This document shows, piece after piece, positions 10,257 to 20,889 of a DNA stretch of 64,000 bases. The DNA is taken from assembly GCA_963847185.1 (NCBI GenBank), contig CAWJYV010000001.1, positions 64,001 to 128,000 of the forward strand. The letters run 5' to 3'. The position numbers and the translations under genes are program-made. The first letter of the stretch is position 1, and each line of letters begins with the position of its first letter. Source of the DNA: an uncultured Methanosarcinaceae archaeon. Its GTDB lineage: Archaea > Halobacteriota > Methanosarcinia > Methanosarcinales > Methanosarcinaceae. The notes beneath the pieces are model-generated. The model had not been told where the DNA came from. It saw only the letters and a program-made list of their open reading frames with translations, and made no database searches.

Positions 10257-10601
10257 TTAAAGCAGGATAACGCATTCCGAGTTTTCCATAGCTTTGAAAA
10301 AATCTTCCTCATCTGTCAGTTCTAGAGTTTCGATGAGGATTTCCCCAAAAAGGCCTCTCTCAACAAGTGAAGGTTCATGCACAAGCACTTTTAACTCTCC
10401 ATATGCATAAAGAATATCCGCAAGGTTTGGTACTCCAAGTTTTCTGCTATCCTGGCCTGCAATTGCCAGATAAACTCCATCTCCATAAAGGCCAAGAATG
10501 GTATCCATCCTACTAAGACTTACGACAGCTGCATTTAATGCTCCAAAAGCTTTTTCACTGCCATATGGAGCTGTATCCAGCAGATAAAAAACTGATTTCA
10601 C
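10257..10601 (-). CDS. DsrF/TusC family protein
   Basis: TAPYGSE...GDGVY...SLVERG. Confidence 0.8.
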   Translation of the reverse strand: MKSVFYLLDTAPYGSEKAFGALNAAVVSLSRMDTILGLYGDGVYLAIAGQDSRKLGVPNLADILYAYGELKVLVHEPSLVERGLFGEILIETLELTDEEDFFKAMENSECVILL

Positions 10602-10625
10602 CGTTTAGACCTCATTTCTTTTGGT

Positions 10626-11021
10626 TTATCTTGACAATGAAATTACTTTATCACTCTTACTCAGCATTTCCGATAGCTCATAAAGGCTGGTAATTTTTAT
10701 TCCAGGAAAATAATCACTGCAGTTACTTCCTTCTATAATCTCTTCCCCTGGAAAGTACCCTCTTGCACCAGCACATCTTGCACATGCTCGAATTACAACT
10801 CCTTTTTCCGCAAGTTCGGAAAATAGTTGCCCTGCATTGGTAAAGAATGATGGATTCTGGCCTTTTTTGGGAATATGTACTGCATCCAAGTAAAGGAATA
10901 TGTTTACCTTATGTTGTTTGAGTGCAGCCTCAGCGAGTTTGTAAGCAATTTCAGCGTATTCGGAAATGTAAGGTCCATCAGTGAGCACTATTGTTAGCGT
11001 CTTCATAAATCCTCCAATCAA
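10626..11021 (-). CDS. DsrE/TusD family protein
   Basis: TDGPY...FLYLDAV...CARCAGARG. Confidence 0.85.
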   Translation of the reverse strand: MIGGFMKTLTIVLTDGPYISEYAEIAYKLAEAALKQHKVNIFLYLDAVHIPKKGQNPSFFTNAGQLFSELAEKGVVIRACARCAGARGYFPGEEIIEGSNCSDYFPGIKITSLYELSEMLSKSDKVISLSR

Positions 11022-11044
11022 AAGATACAGATAGTGATCGTAAC

Positions 11045-11871
11045 TCAGATATAGGCAGCCAAAAATTGCAAACGCTCCTGATTGATTGCATATTCTGGTT
11101 CTTTAAGGGGTGTACACCTGTCCAGAGAAGCCTGTCTGGCCATAAATTTTATAGCAAAGCTGTAACAACCCTGTTCACCGCATTTTCCACAATTGGTTTG
11201 GGGCAGGTGCTTATATATCTCTATTAGATCAACCTTTATCTTTTCTCTGGGAGCTGGAGCTTCCCCTTTTGCAATAGCCTCATTGATAATACTCTTCAGT
11301 CTTTCAAGCTCTTCTTTAGCTTCATTCTCATTTTCGACCATTCTGATGGAGACTTTCCCACTACCGTAAATAGTTGTGATGATTTCTCCTTTTTGAATTA
11401 TCAAGCTATCTTTTCTATCTGAGTAGTTACTTCTTGGAAAGAGGGGCTCCAGGAGTTTCAGGACTACACCCAAAGGTGGAGTCATATTTGCACTCACCCT
11501 GAATTTTGAGGAATCAGCTATACAGGGCAAAACCTGCCTGATCCTTGCAATCTCTATTGGTTTTGCCTGAGAAAAGTCTACAGTTTTTTCTTCACTTTTT
11601 TCGGTTTTATTCTTAAGGAAATTCTTGCCATATTCGCTTAGCTTTACGTTTCTTCTTCTAATTCAATCAGACTTGCCTGCTGCAAAATCTTGAGATGAAA
11701 ATCAAGCGTTGCTTTCCCGACTATTTCTTCTATTTCCCAGGTACTTCTATAGCCGTCTGCCAGGAAGTTAATTATTTTCCTTCGAGTACCATTGGCCATA
11801 GCAAAGTTTACCAGCTTTGTCTCTTTTGGATTCTCCGTCATTTTTAACACCTGGAAAGCTATTTCTGCCAT
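11045..11871 (-). pseudogene. ArsR-HTH + (Fe-S)-binding protein, split by a frameshift near 11645
   Basis: two ORFs that together align over the full length with paralog 12134-12940. Confidence 0.8.
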
Positions 11872-12133
11872 GAACCTCTTATGGCAGTATGCTGATTACA
11901 ACTCATTTTTCCGCAACCTCGCTGAAGAAAGCCTATGAAAATAAAAAAGAAAATATATGATCTTGATATTATTATGTCTGGATGTCATATATTCAAATAA
12001 TATCGTTTAAGTGCTTCTTTAGCGAGTTTACAGCCTAGTTTAACCTGTTAGAATCTATGATGAAGGAGCTGTCAGTAAAAAATATAGTCAAATTTTTTAA
12101 AGCTCTCCGGTTAAATGAATTTCATAAAACGGT

Positions 12134-12940
12134 TCAGATATATGCACACAGAACCTGCAGTTGCTCTAAATTGGTTGTATATTCCGGTTCTTTGAGAGAT
12201 GTGCATTTATCCAAAGTGACCTCTCCTCCCATGAGTTTTATAGCAAATGTATAGCAGCTCTGCTCACCGCACTTGCCACAGTTGGTCTGAGGAAGGTATT
12301 TGTAGATTTCCATAGGTTCGACCCTGACTTTTTCACGTGGGGCTGGGACAACTCCTTTTGCTATGGCTTCATTGATGGTATTCTTCAAGTTCTGGAGAGA
12401 TTCCTTGGCTTCACCTTCACTTTTTATCATTGTCATGGTTACTTTACCAGTACCATAAATAGTTGTAATAATATCTCCTTTTTGAATAATCAGGGCGCCT
12501 ATTTTGTCCGAATATTTGCCTCTGGGAAAGAGTGGCTCAAGCACCTTGAGGGTTCCACCCAGGGGAGGAGCTATGTTTGCAATTACTCTGAATTTTGAGG
12601 AATCAGCTATACAGGGCAATAGCTGCTTTACTTCAGTAATTTCTATTGGTTTTGCCTGAGAGAGATCTGCAGTTTTATCTGTACTTTTATCTTCTTTCTC
12701 TTTAAGGAAATTCTTACCATATTCGCTTAATTTCACAGTCCCTTCTTCAATCTCTATCAGACTTGCCTGTTGAAGAAGCTTGAGATGGAAATCAAGCATA
12801 GTCTTCCCTACTTCCCCTCCAATTTCTTCGGTACTTTTATCTCCTGTCGATAAAAAGTTCATTATCTTTCTTCGAGTAGCGTTGGACATAGCGTTGTTTA
12901 CAAGCTTTATCTCATTTGGATTTCCAGGCATCTTTAACAC
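12134..12940 (-). CDS. ArsR-like HTH fused to a C-terminal putative Fe-S domain
   Basis: NATRRKI..LDFHLKLLQQA HTH; LPQTNCGKCGEQSCYTFA...C. Confidence 0.85.
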   Translation of the reverse strand: MLKMPGNPNEIKLVNNAMSNATRRKIMNFLSTGDKSTEEIGGEVGKTMLDFHLKLLQQASLIEIEEGTVKLSEYGKNFLKEKEDKSTDKTADLSQAKPIEITEVKQLLPCIADSSKFRVIANIAPPLGGTLKVLEPLFPRGKYSDKIGALIIQKGDIITTIYGTGKVTMTMIKSEGEAKESLQNLKNTINEAIAKGVVPAPREKVRVEPMEIYKYLPQTNCGKCGEQSCYTFAIKLMGGEVTLDKCTSLKEPEYTTNLEQLQVLCAYI

Positions 12941-13340
12941 CTACAAGAATTACAAAATTTTAACTAATTCCTTAAATTATAATATCGAGAATTCTTCTTT
13001 TAAAAAAATGATTTGATTCTTTTTATTTATATGGATTCAATTCATAAATATTCACAAGCCAGATATCAAAAAAGATTGATATGAAATAAGAGGATAATTT
13101 CTCATTGTTCTTTTACAAATAAGCTATTCGATCATTATCTTGAAAATGATCAAGAGTGTCAACAGGCCTCGTAAAGAATAGTAGTTGAAAAAAAGCCTAA
13201 GTATGGATACTTTTTCTATTAAAAGACACTTTTTCACGAAATCCTATTTCTTCTAATTCCCCCAGAGCCTCTATACTCAACTAAAAAAAGCTTTCTTACC
13301 TATGTTATTATGAGTAGATCAGGCTTTACGGAGTATTCAA

Positions 13341-13760
13341 CCGCGCCAGCCTTCCACATCTACCAGAAACCTCTCCGATGACTCAGATCTGGGAATCGGT
13401 AAACATAATCAGAAGGCTATAAAAGAAGTGCTGATATAGAGTATTTACTCTTTTTAATTGCTTTGTGGAATCTTCTGGGATATATTGGTCCCATCTGGCT
13501 ACAAGCGATAGCCCTGACCATTGTACGTGGTTTCTAGGCATATGTGCGTGGAAATGAGGGTAGACGTACCGCGCCAGCCTTCCACAATTATCCCAGAAGC
13601 TTAAATAGCACTTTATTGGCATTAAAATCCCTGTAATTACAGGGCTTCCCGGAAGCAGGGAGATATAAATGCCTAGGAAGGGGCTAAACGAGGTTTGTAC
13701 GTGGGTAGAATTACTCCCAGGTATATGCACGTAGAAGGCTCGGGATAGGCCTGTAAAAAA
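13341..13760. repeat. dispersed repeat core unit A1 followed by module B1
   Basis: CCGCGCCAGCCTTCCACA at 13341 and 13569; homologous to copies at 17.5, 21.5, 24.9, 25.1, 32.0, 32.2, 33.5, 35.9, 61.3 and 63.9 kb. Confidence 0.9.
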
Positions 13761-13974
13761 TTAAATTGTCGGACAGCCTGTAAAAGACAGGGTACTCGTG
13801 ACCACACGGACTCCCGAAGTAATAAATGATTGATCAAGTTCAAAACACATTTTCAAATACTAGATGCCGTTAAATTCCTCTGTTATCAAAAATTATGTAG
13901 AAAAAGTCTTTTAATATTTTTTAGTGATCCATAGGACTTAGTCCCATTTTATGTAATTTAGTTCAGTACTTAGT

Positions 13975-14215
13975 AAGTTACTACTCATTTAAGTCATTAC
14001 TTAGTTAAATTACTTTAATCAAGTTACTACTCATTTAAGTCATTACTCAGTTAAATTACTTTAATCAAGTTACTACTCATTTAAGTCATTACTCAGTTAA
14101 ATTACTTTAATCAAGTTACTACTCATTTAAGTCATTACTTAGTTAAATTACTTTAATCAAGTTACTACTCATTTAAGTCATTACTCAGTTAAATTATTTT
14201 AATCAAGTTACTACT
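13975..14215. repeat. tandem repeat, 46-bp unit x5 plus a partial copy
   Basis: AAGTTACTACTCATTTAAGTCATTACT(C/T)AGTTAAATTACTTTAATC at 13975, 14021, 14067, 14113, 14159; partial at 14205. Confidence 0.97.
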
Positions 14216-14498
14216 TAGTTGAGTTACATCCCTCCTTTGTACGTCTTCTTCATACATTGGGGACTGAACCTATGGATCAATTATATAACTGTGATAAAAG
14301 GTATAAGTAGATAACGATGGGAAAAGGTAAATTGCTTCTTTCACAAGAGAAAAATCGACTCTAAAATCAAAAAATTTCAGGTCGGTAATTTATAAGATGC
14401 ATATTAGGATTACAGCCCCAAAATGGATTAATCAACTTTTTCTGGGAGTACCCCATATGAACATTTAAAGTTGACTCCTAACTAATTCATATCCTTTT

Positions 14499-14735
14499 AT
14501 AGCACTTTTTGCATTAAATATCTACTTACGGGCTTCTTGGAAGCAGGGAGATATAGATTGCCTATGAAGTGCATACGATGACTATACGCCTTTAGCGTGG
14601 TTACTGGATATACGCACAAGAAGGCTCTGGATAGTGCAAAAATAGATATGCTTGTTAGCTTCGTATATAAACCAGCTTCAATAATAGTGGCTTGTCCAGT
14701 TTATACTGGCTGGACAGGTTCGAAGGTTATTCAAT
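14499..14735. repeat. repeat modules B and E downstream of kinase 1
   Basis: ATAGCACTT...GGAAGCAGGGAGATATA..GCCT shared with 13606-13680 and 25341-25420. Confidence 0.75.
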
Positions 14736-14741
14736 TAATTG

Positions 14742-17168
14742 TTATGGGGCTGACGCCGATGCCGGATTATTTTTTTCTGTTACTGTGAACCTTATAGTGA
14801 ATTCCGTCCCATGATTCCTTTTCAGTTCAAGTTCACCATCTAACTGGTCTACAAGGGAAGTTACCAGCTGAAGCCCAAGGCTATCAAGATCTTCAATATC
14901 AAGACTTTTAGATATACCTATTCCATCATCTGAAACTGTAAGAATGAAACTGGTACTCTTACAGCCTTCGCTTTTGTTTTCTTCGTTTTCTTTTCTATGG
15001 AGTTTGATTCGGATTTCTCCTTTATCTCTGCCTGAAAATGCATGTTTAAGAGAATTTGAAACGAGTTCGTTAATGATTATGCCTAATGGAACTGCAGTGT
15101 CCATGTCAAAGAAGATGTTTTCTTCCAGATCCATGTTTAATCTGACATTGGTATTTCCGAGCCTATATGTCTGGAAAAGATTTTCAGCGAGTTCCTCAAT
15201 GTACGGCGAAAAGTTAAGTGTGTCGAGTCCTTCACTTTTGTGCAGTTCCTCATGGATAAGAGCCATGGATATCACTCTGTCCTGGCTTTCCCTAAAAGCT
15301 TCCATAACTTCTGAATTTATTATGAATTCTCTGTTGCCGAACTTTTCCGCCTGAAGGTCAAGAAGGGACGAGATAACCTGTAAGTTATTCTTGATCCGAT
15401 GGTGGATTTCCTTTTTACGGGCAATCTCGAGATTTGCCAGGGCTTCCTCCGCCTTGATACGCTCAGTAACATCTCTTACAACACCTGAGATAGCCACAAG
15501 CTTTCCAGTGATGTCAAATACAGGAGAAAGAGTAATTGAAACATTTATTATAGTGCCATCCTTTCTTAACCGTAAAGTCTCATATTGGTGGACTTTTTCT
15601 CCTTGTATAACTATTTCAGTTAATTTTTTTGTTTCTTCACGTAGATAAGATGGAGCTAGGATGGATACGCTCTTTCCAATGACTTCCTGTGCTGAATAAT
15701 CATAAACCTGCTCTGCAGCCTTGTTCCAGCTTGTAATAATACCGTCAAGAGACACAGTTATAATAGCATCACTCGACGATTCAACAGCATTCGCCAGTGT
15801 CTGAATTTTCTCTTCTGCTTTCTTATGCTCAGTAATATCCTGAATTATTCCCTTTAGTCGAATAGGAATATTTTCATCATTAAAAATAGTTTCAGATTGT
15901 ATATGGACTATACGTTCTTCCCCATTAGCCAAGATAATCCGATGATCAATGCTGAAAGGTTTTCCATTTAGAGCTTTCTTATGGGCATTATCCGCATAGT
16001 CTCTATCATCGGGGTGTACAGAACTTAAATATTCATTGTAAGGTGGTGCAAATTCTTGAGGACTACGTCCAAAAATACGATATAATTCATCAGACCAGTA
16101 TGCTTTATCATTTGCAATATCCCACTCCCAATTTCCAATATGAGCCATTTTTTGAGCCTCAGCAAGACCTTGCTCACTTTCCTTCAATGAGTTGTAAGCT
16201 TTCTCAAGCTGGGTTGTTCGTCCTTTAACTTTTTCTTCTAAATTGTCATATGCTTTTTTAAGGGCTTCCTCAGCCTGCCTCTGCTCGGTGATATCTATTT
16301 GCACGCCGTTCCAGATTGTTCGACCATCGGGCATCTGGCGCGGACGGGAGTGCAATCGCATCCAGCGTATCTGGCCGTTGGGCAGCTGCATAGGTAATTC
16401 CATATCAAGATCCGACAACTCGCGGGCGCTCTGAGCCTCGGCTTCGACAAGTCGTTCAAAATATGTCTGCGGAACTTGCCTGTACAGCGTGTCGGGATCA
16501 CGTAGTACGTCCTGAACACTGACACCGTTGAGTCGCTCGATGCCTGTGCTGATGTACAGGAACCGGACACTGCCGTCGGGCTCATAGACATACTGATAGA
16601 GTGCACTGTCCGGTAGGTTGTCGCCCAAAAGGCGCAGCCGTTCCTCACTATCTCGTAGAGCTTCTTCCGCCTGCTTGTACTTTGTCGTTTCACGCGATGA
16701 GAAGACTAAGCCAGTTACATTTCCAGAGCTATCCTTGACTGGAGTAAGGCTCCAGTCCCAATAGGTGACTCCTCTCTCAGGCTGATCAGCGAAGAAAAAA
16801 GGTTTGTCCTTGTAGAACACCCCTTCTCCAGTATCCCTGACTTTCCGGAAAATTGCTTCGTTCTCAGCATGAGGATATAAAGAGAAATGATTCTTGCCTG
16901 CCATTTCTTCAGGCTTCATCCTGCATGTTTCAGCGTAGGCAAGATTTACCCATAAAAAGTTGAACTGAGGATCAAGATAGGCAAACATAACGTCAGTAGT
17001 TTTCATGACGTTTTCAAGCAAGCTCCGCTCGCGGATAAGTGTCTCATCAGCACGTTTACATTCCAGATTCTCGGCACGCAAGTCTCGATTAGCCTTTTCC
17101 AATCCACCGATCCTTTTTCGCAACTGGATCTCTATTTCATCCTTATCCGAAGAGTTAAATAAAGTCAT
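14742..17168 (-). CDS. multi-PAS sensor histidine kinase (HisKA_2/HATPase)
   Basis: EIHHRIKNNLQ H-box, NELVSNSLKHAF, DDGIG, LGLQLV; four PAS; start ATG17168 by alignment with paralogs. Confidence 0.95.
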   Translation of the reverse strand: MTLFNSSDKDEIEIQLRKRIGGLEKANRDLRAENLECKRADETLIRERSLLENVMKTTDVMFAYLDPQFNFLWVNLAYAETCRMKPEEMAGKNHFSLYPHAENEAIFRKVRDTGEGVFYKDKPFFFADQPERGVTYWDWSLTPVKDSSGNVTGLVFSSRETTKYKQAEEALRDSEERLRLLGDNLPDSALYQYVYEPDGSVRFLYISTGIERLNGVSVQDVLRDPDTLYRQVPQTYFERLVEAEAQSARELSDLDMELPMQLPNGQIRWMRLHSRPRQMPDGRTIWNGVQIDITEQRQAEEALKKAYDNLEEKVKGRTTQLEKAYNSLKESEQGLAEAQKMAHIGNWEWDIANDKAYWSDELYRIFGRSPQEFAPPYNEYLSSVHPDDRDYADNAHKKALNGKPFSIDHRIILANGEERIVHIQSETIFNDENIPIRLKGIIQDITEHKKAEEKIQTLANAVESSSDAIITVSLDGIITSWNKAAEQVYDYSAQEVIGKSVSILAPSYLREETKKLTEIVIQGEKVHQYETLRLRKDGTIINVSITLSPVFDITGKLVAISGVVRDVTERIKAEEALANLEIARKKEIHHRIKNNLQVISSLLDLQAEKFGNREFIINSEVMEAFRESQDRVISMALIHEELHKSEGLDTLNFSPYIEELAENLFQTYRLGNTNVRLNMDLEENIFFDMDTAVPLGIIINELVSNSLKHAFSGRDKGEIRIKLHRKENEENKSEGCKSTSFILTVSDDGIGISKSLDIEDLDSLGLQLVTSLVDQLDGELELKRNHGTEFTIRFTVTEKNNPASASAP

Positions 17169-17474
17169 AATTCCCCAACGCTGTTTTAAAACAGGCACTA
17201 ATACTTTGTTAGACCCTCTTTTATTAGATACTATTAGTCTAATAGAATTTGACCTTAATATAATACTAAGCAGATCCCTAACAATGTCTTACTACAAATT
17301 AATTCTTCATTCAATATTCATAAAATTGTTCTATAATAAGATAGTACATACTAAGAAGCCATCTGGAAACTATTTCGAACTCTCCCTGAGCCTCTACACT
17401 CAATTAAAATAGCTACCATACTTCTTTTATCCTGAAAACTAGTACAGGCTTCGCAGATAAACCGACTGCACTAC

Positions 17475-17700
17475 CCTTCCAAATATCCCAGAAACCTCTC
17501 CGATAACTCAGATCTGAGTTATCGAGGAAACATAGTCGGAAGGCTATACAAAAGTGCTGATATAGAGTAATTATTTTACTCGTTTTTAATTACATTGTAG
17601 AGCTGTCCGGGATATATTTGTGGTCCATCTAGCTACGAGCGATAGCCCTGGCCTTTGTACGTGGCTTCTAGGTATATGTGCGTGGTTAGGTATGTGCGTA
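17475..17700. repeat. repeat core unit A2
   Basis: perfect palindrome CGATAACTCAGATCTGAGTTATCG 17501-17524 plus conserved flanks. Confidence 0.9.
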
Positions 17701-17898
17701 GAAGGGTTATTAATTGCCGTCTTCGTCTCGCAAAAAATGTCTCAAATTTTACGCAAAACAGTTAGTGTCAATAAAATAAAAATAATTTTACATATTTAGG
17801 AGTAGTTGAATAATTTAATGATAGCAAATAATTTAATTGTAAGAAATATTTTAATCCGTATATTATATATAAATTCATAATATATATGCAGAGTAGAT

Positions 17899-17985
17899 GA
17901 TTAAGAGTTAAGGGGTTATCTTTTAATCGTTTGGTTGTATCACGAAATTGGGAGCCAAATAAAAGGTGGCAATCGGCTCCCAATT
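17899..17985 (+). ncRNA. candidate two-hairpin sRNA, copy 1
   Basis: GATTAAGAG/CTTTTAATC stem, linker TTTGGTTGTATCAC, AATTGGGAGCC/GGCTCCCAATT stem; TATA at ~17863-17873; homolog at 33336. Confidence 0.5.
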
Positions 17986-18165
17986 AAACAAATTTAGTAG
18001 ATTTACTTGCTTGAGAACTTTCCTAGGCAGACAGATAGCCTTTTTGGAGTTCATGTACTTAATTTACTGCACATTTACAGGTTCAAGAGCAGTTCAAGCT
18101 CAAGATTAGGATCAGAATAAATAAGCTGCACAATAGAAAAGTATCAAATGCAGAGAGACAGAATA

Positions 18166-20889
18166 TTAATTCCCTTTTTCTTCTGCGCTGAAGCTTATAA
18201 TAAACTCAGTACCTTTATCTTTTTTTAGCTCTATTTCGCCGTCTAATTGATCTACCAAAATGTTTACAAGCTGCAGACCAAGGGTATCTGAGTCTTCTAA
18301 ATCGATGTTTTCGGGGATGCCAACTCCATTATCTGAAACAATTAAAGTATATTTTTTACCTTTTTCGAAAACTTTCCCTTTGATATCCAGCTCATTTCTA
18401 GCATCTTTGCTAAAGAGTTTAATTTGAATTTCTCCGGTTTCTCTGTTTGGAAATGCATATTTTAAGGAGTTAGAGACTAGCTCATTAACAATTATCCCTA
18501 ACGGGACTGCAGTATCCATATCAAAGAGGACATTCTCCTCAAGGTCCAGATTTAGGCTGATGTCAGTATTTCCAAATTTGTATGTCTGAAATAGACTCTC
18601 AACGAGTCTCTGCAGGTATAGAGAAAAATTCAGGGTGTCGTTTGTTCCTTCCTCTTCATGTAATTCCTCGTGAATCAAGGCAATTGATGTTACTCTGTCC
18701 TGGCTTTCCCTGAAGGCTTCCAGAACTTCTGAATTCATTATGAATTCTCTGTTGCCGAACTTTTCAGCCTGAAGATCTAAGAGAGAAGAAATAACCTGAA
18801 GGTTGTTTTTAATTCTGTGGTGGATTTCCTTTTTGCGAATTATTTCAATGCGCGCCAGATTTTCTTCCGCCTTTTTATGCTCGGTAATATCTTGAACTAT
18901 TCCTCTCATTCGAATAGGCTTATTCTTTTCATCAAAGATGACTCCACCTTGAGAATAGATTACACGCTCTTTTCCATCAGGTAAGATTATTCTATAATCA
19001 ATGCTATACGGCTTTCCTTTTAATGCTTCGTTAATGGCATGACTCACGTAATCTATATCTTCGGGATGTATATAACTTAAAAATATGTTGTGGTTTAACT
19101 CAATTTTGGGATCAAGCTCAAAAATACGATAAACTTCATCAGACCAGTATTCCTCATTAGTTATAATGTTCCAGTCATAACTTCCAATATGAGCCATTTT
19201 TTGAGCTTCAGAAAGACTTTTTTCGCTTTCCTTCAAAGAGTTGTAAGCTTTTTCAAGCTCTGATGTTCGCTCTTCAACTAGTTTTTCTAAATTATCATGT
19301 GCTTTTTTTAGAGCTTTTTCTGCCTTTTCAATTTCTGTAATATCACGGGCTGCAGCAAAGATCCCAAGAACCTTTCCAGACTCATCCTTATAAATTGAGG
19401 CATTATACAAAACAGGAGTTATATGTCCATCTTTATTCTGAATTTCAAGGGGATAGTCCCTTACCAATCCTTCCTGAAATGCGCGCTGGTAACCTTCTTT
19501 AGCTTTCTCAGGCTCAGTAAAATAGTCTGAAAAATCGGTACCTATGAGTTTGTCTCGAGAATAACCTGTCACTGTTTCGGTGGAGTTATTGACATCGGTT
19601 ATTTTTCCATCTGGTCCGATAGTCACAAGCGGGTCCAAACTGGCTTCAATCAAACTGCGATTATATATATTTGATAGCTTCACAGCTTCCTCTGCTTTCT
19701 TACGTTCTGTAATATCTATGAATGCAGAGACCGATCCTCGTAGATTTCCCTGCTCGTCATGTAAGGGTCTGGCATTGCCCAATACATGTCGTATATTGCC
19801 GTCAGCAGATACAATGTCTAGCTCGCAGTCATTTACCTCTCTACCTGCAGCTGCTATCTGCGACGGCATTTTTTCAGGCTTGATCTCCCTCCCGTCCTTG
19901 AATAACTTAAAAAACTCTGGTTTCTCTCCTTCAGGAGTTGACTTGGAAAAGTTTGTATCCACAGGAACACGTAGCCATTCATAGGAGATACGGTTACCAT
20001 TTATCTTAAGTGCCTGGGGATCGTGCGCTATAAACACAGCAACAGGCACAGCATCTAATACTGCTCCCAACTCCTCCGACCGAGCTCTCTCACGCCTTTC
20101 ACTATCCTGCAGTGTTTCTAAAAGGGCATTGCGGTCCACCAGTGACTGGGAAAGCTTGATATTGCTGTGGCTTAGCTGTGAGATCATATTTGCAAGTTTC
20201 ATGAAAAAAGACATGCTTGTTTCAACAGTTTCTCTGCTCAACCTTGGAACTTTTTCGAGCGCTGCTATGTATTCCTCTTCATTAAAGCCGTATTTTTTCG
20301 CCTGGGATCGGAAGAATTCATAGTCCAGAAACTCGTCGTCAAAAAAGAACTGTCCTGAGAAGATATTGCCGACATGTTGACTACCAGAGAAAACTGGAGT
20401 TACTACATCCCACATATTGTTCTTGCACTTGTATAACTTAAACTCTCCCAGAGGAACTCCTGCGGACAGCTTTGTATCGCTTTCTATGCAGTGCTTGCAG
20501 GTTCCGGGATGAAACCTATGGAACTTGGTGCAGATATCCTGCCATCCAACACCTATCAGAACATTGCCTTTGAGATCAAGTAAGGCCATGGTAATGTGAG
20601 CAAATTTATAAAAGTCATCCATGATGGACTGAACTGCCTGAACATCAATAATCTCTGCTAGCTCAAAGTTTTCTGCATTCATAGAATGTGAGAGGTGAGT
20701 TTCTAACTTCATCCCGAAAGATTGCTCATTCTGGCCCGATGCATCCTCAGCCCTTTTGCGTTTGGTGATATTCTGGTTCATTGCCATATTCTCGGCACGT
20801 AACTCTTTATTGGCTTTTTCCAGTTCAGCGATCCGTTTTTTCATTTGGATCTCCAGTTCATCCCTGCTCGGAAGGTTAGATGCAGTCAT
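18166..20889 (-). CDS. PocR + PAS sensor histidine kinase (HisKA_2)
   Basis: PocR GWQDICTKFHR..CKHC..YKCKNNMWD; PAS repeats; H-box. Confidence 0.95.
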   Translation of the reverse strand: MTASNLPSRDELEIQMKKRIAELEKANKELRAENMAMNQNITKRKRAEDASGQNEQSFGMKLETHLSHSMNAENFELAEIIDVQAVQSIMDDFYKFAHITMALLDLKGNVLIGVGWQDICTKFHRFHPGTCKHCIESDTKLSAGVPLGEFKLYKCKNNMWDVVTPVFSGSQHVGNIFSGQFFFDDEFLDYEFFRSQAKKYGFNEEEYIAALEKVPRLSRETVETSMSFFMKLANMISQLSHSNIKLSQSLVDRNALLETLQDSERRERARSEELGAVLDAVPVAVFIAHDPQALKINGNRISYEWLRVPVDTNFSKSTPEGEKPEFFKLFKDGREIKPEKMPSQIAAAGREVNDCELDIVSADGNIRHVLGNARPLHDEQGNLRGSVSAFIDITERKKAEEAVKLSNIYNRSLIEASLDPLVTIGPDGKITDVNNSTETVTGYSRDKLIGTDFSDYFTEPEKAKEGYQRAFQEGLVRDYPLEIQNKDGHITPVLYNASIYKDESGKVLGIFAAARDITEIEKAEKALKKAHDNLEKLVEERTSELEKAYNSLKESEKSLSEAQKMAHIGSYDWNIITNEEYWSDEVYRIFELDPKIELNHNIFLSYIHPEDIDYVSHAINEALKGKPYSIDYRIILPDGKERVIYSQGGVIFDEKNKPIRMRGIVQDITEHKKAEENLARIEIIRKKEIHHRIKNNLQVISSLLDLQAEKFGNREFIMNSEVLEAFRESQDRVTSIALIHEELHEEEGTNDTLNFSLYLQRLVESLFQTYKFGNTDISLNLDLEENVLFDMDTAVPLGIIVNELVSNSLKYAFPNRETGEIQIKLFSKDARNELDIKGKVFEKGKKYTLIVSDNGVGIPENIDLEDSDTLGLQLVNILVDQLDGEIELKKDKGTEFIISFSAEEKGN

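Noticed and set aside
13341-13560. Main repeat as integron attC, hammerhead ribozyme or group II intron fragment
   Set aside because: By eye I found no RYYYAAC/GTTRRRY ends, no CUGANGA..GAAA core and no domain V motif; no integrase or RT in the window. A covariance-model search is still needed.
13383-13730. ORFs across the dispersed repeat (also 35822-36091, 14597-14788, 40563-40769, 63722-63940) as proteins
   Set aside because: Copies differ by frame-breaking indels and stops; the peptide similarity follows from the DNA repeat.
13975-14215. CRISPR array
   Set aside because: Units are contiguous and near-identical with no unique spacers; no cas genes in the window.
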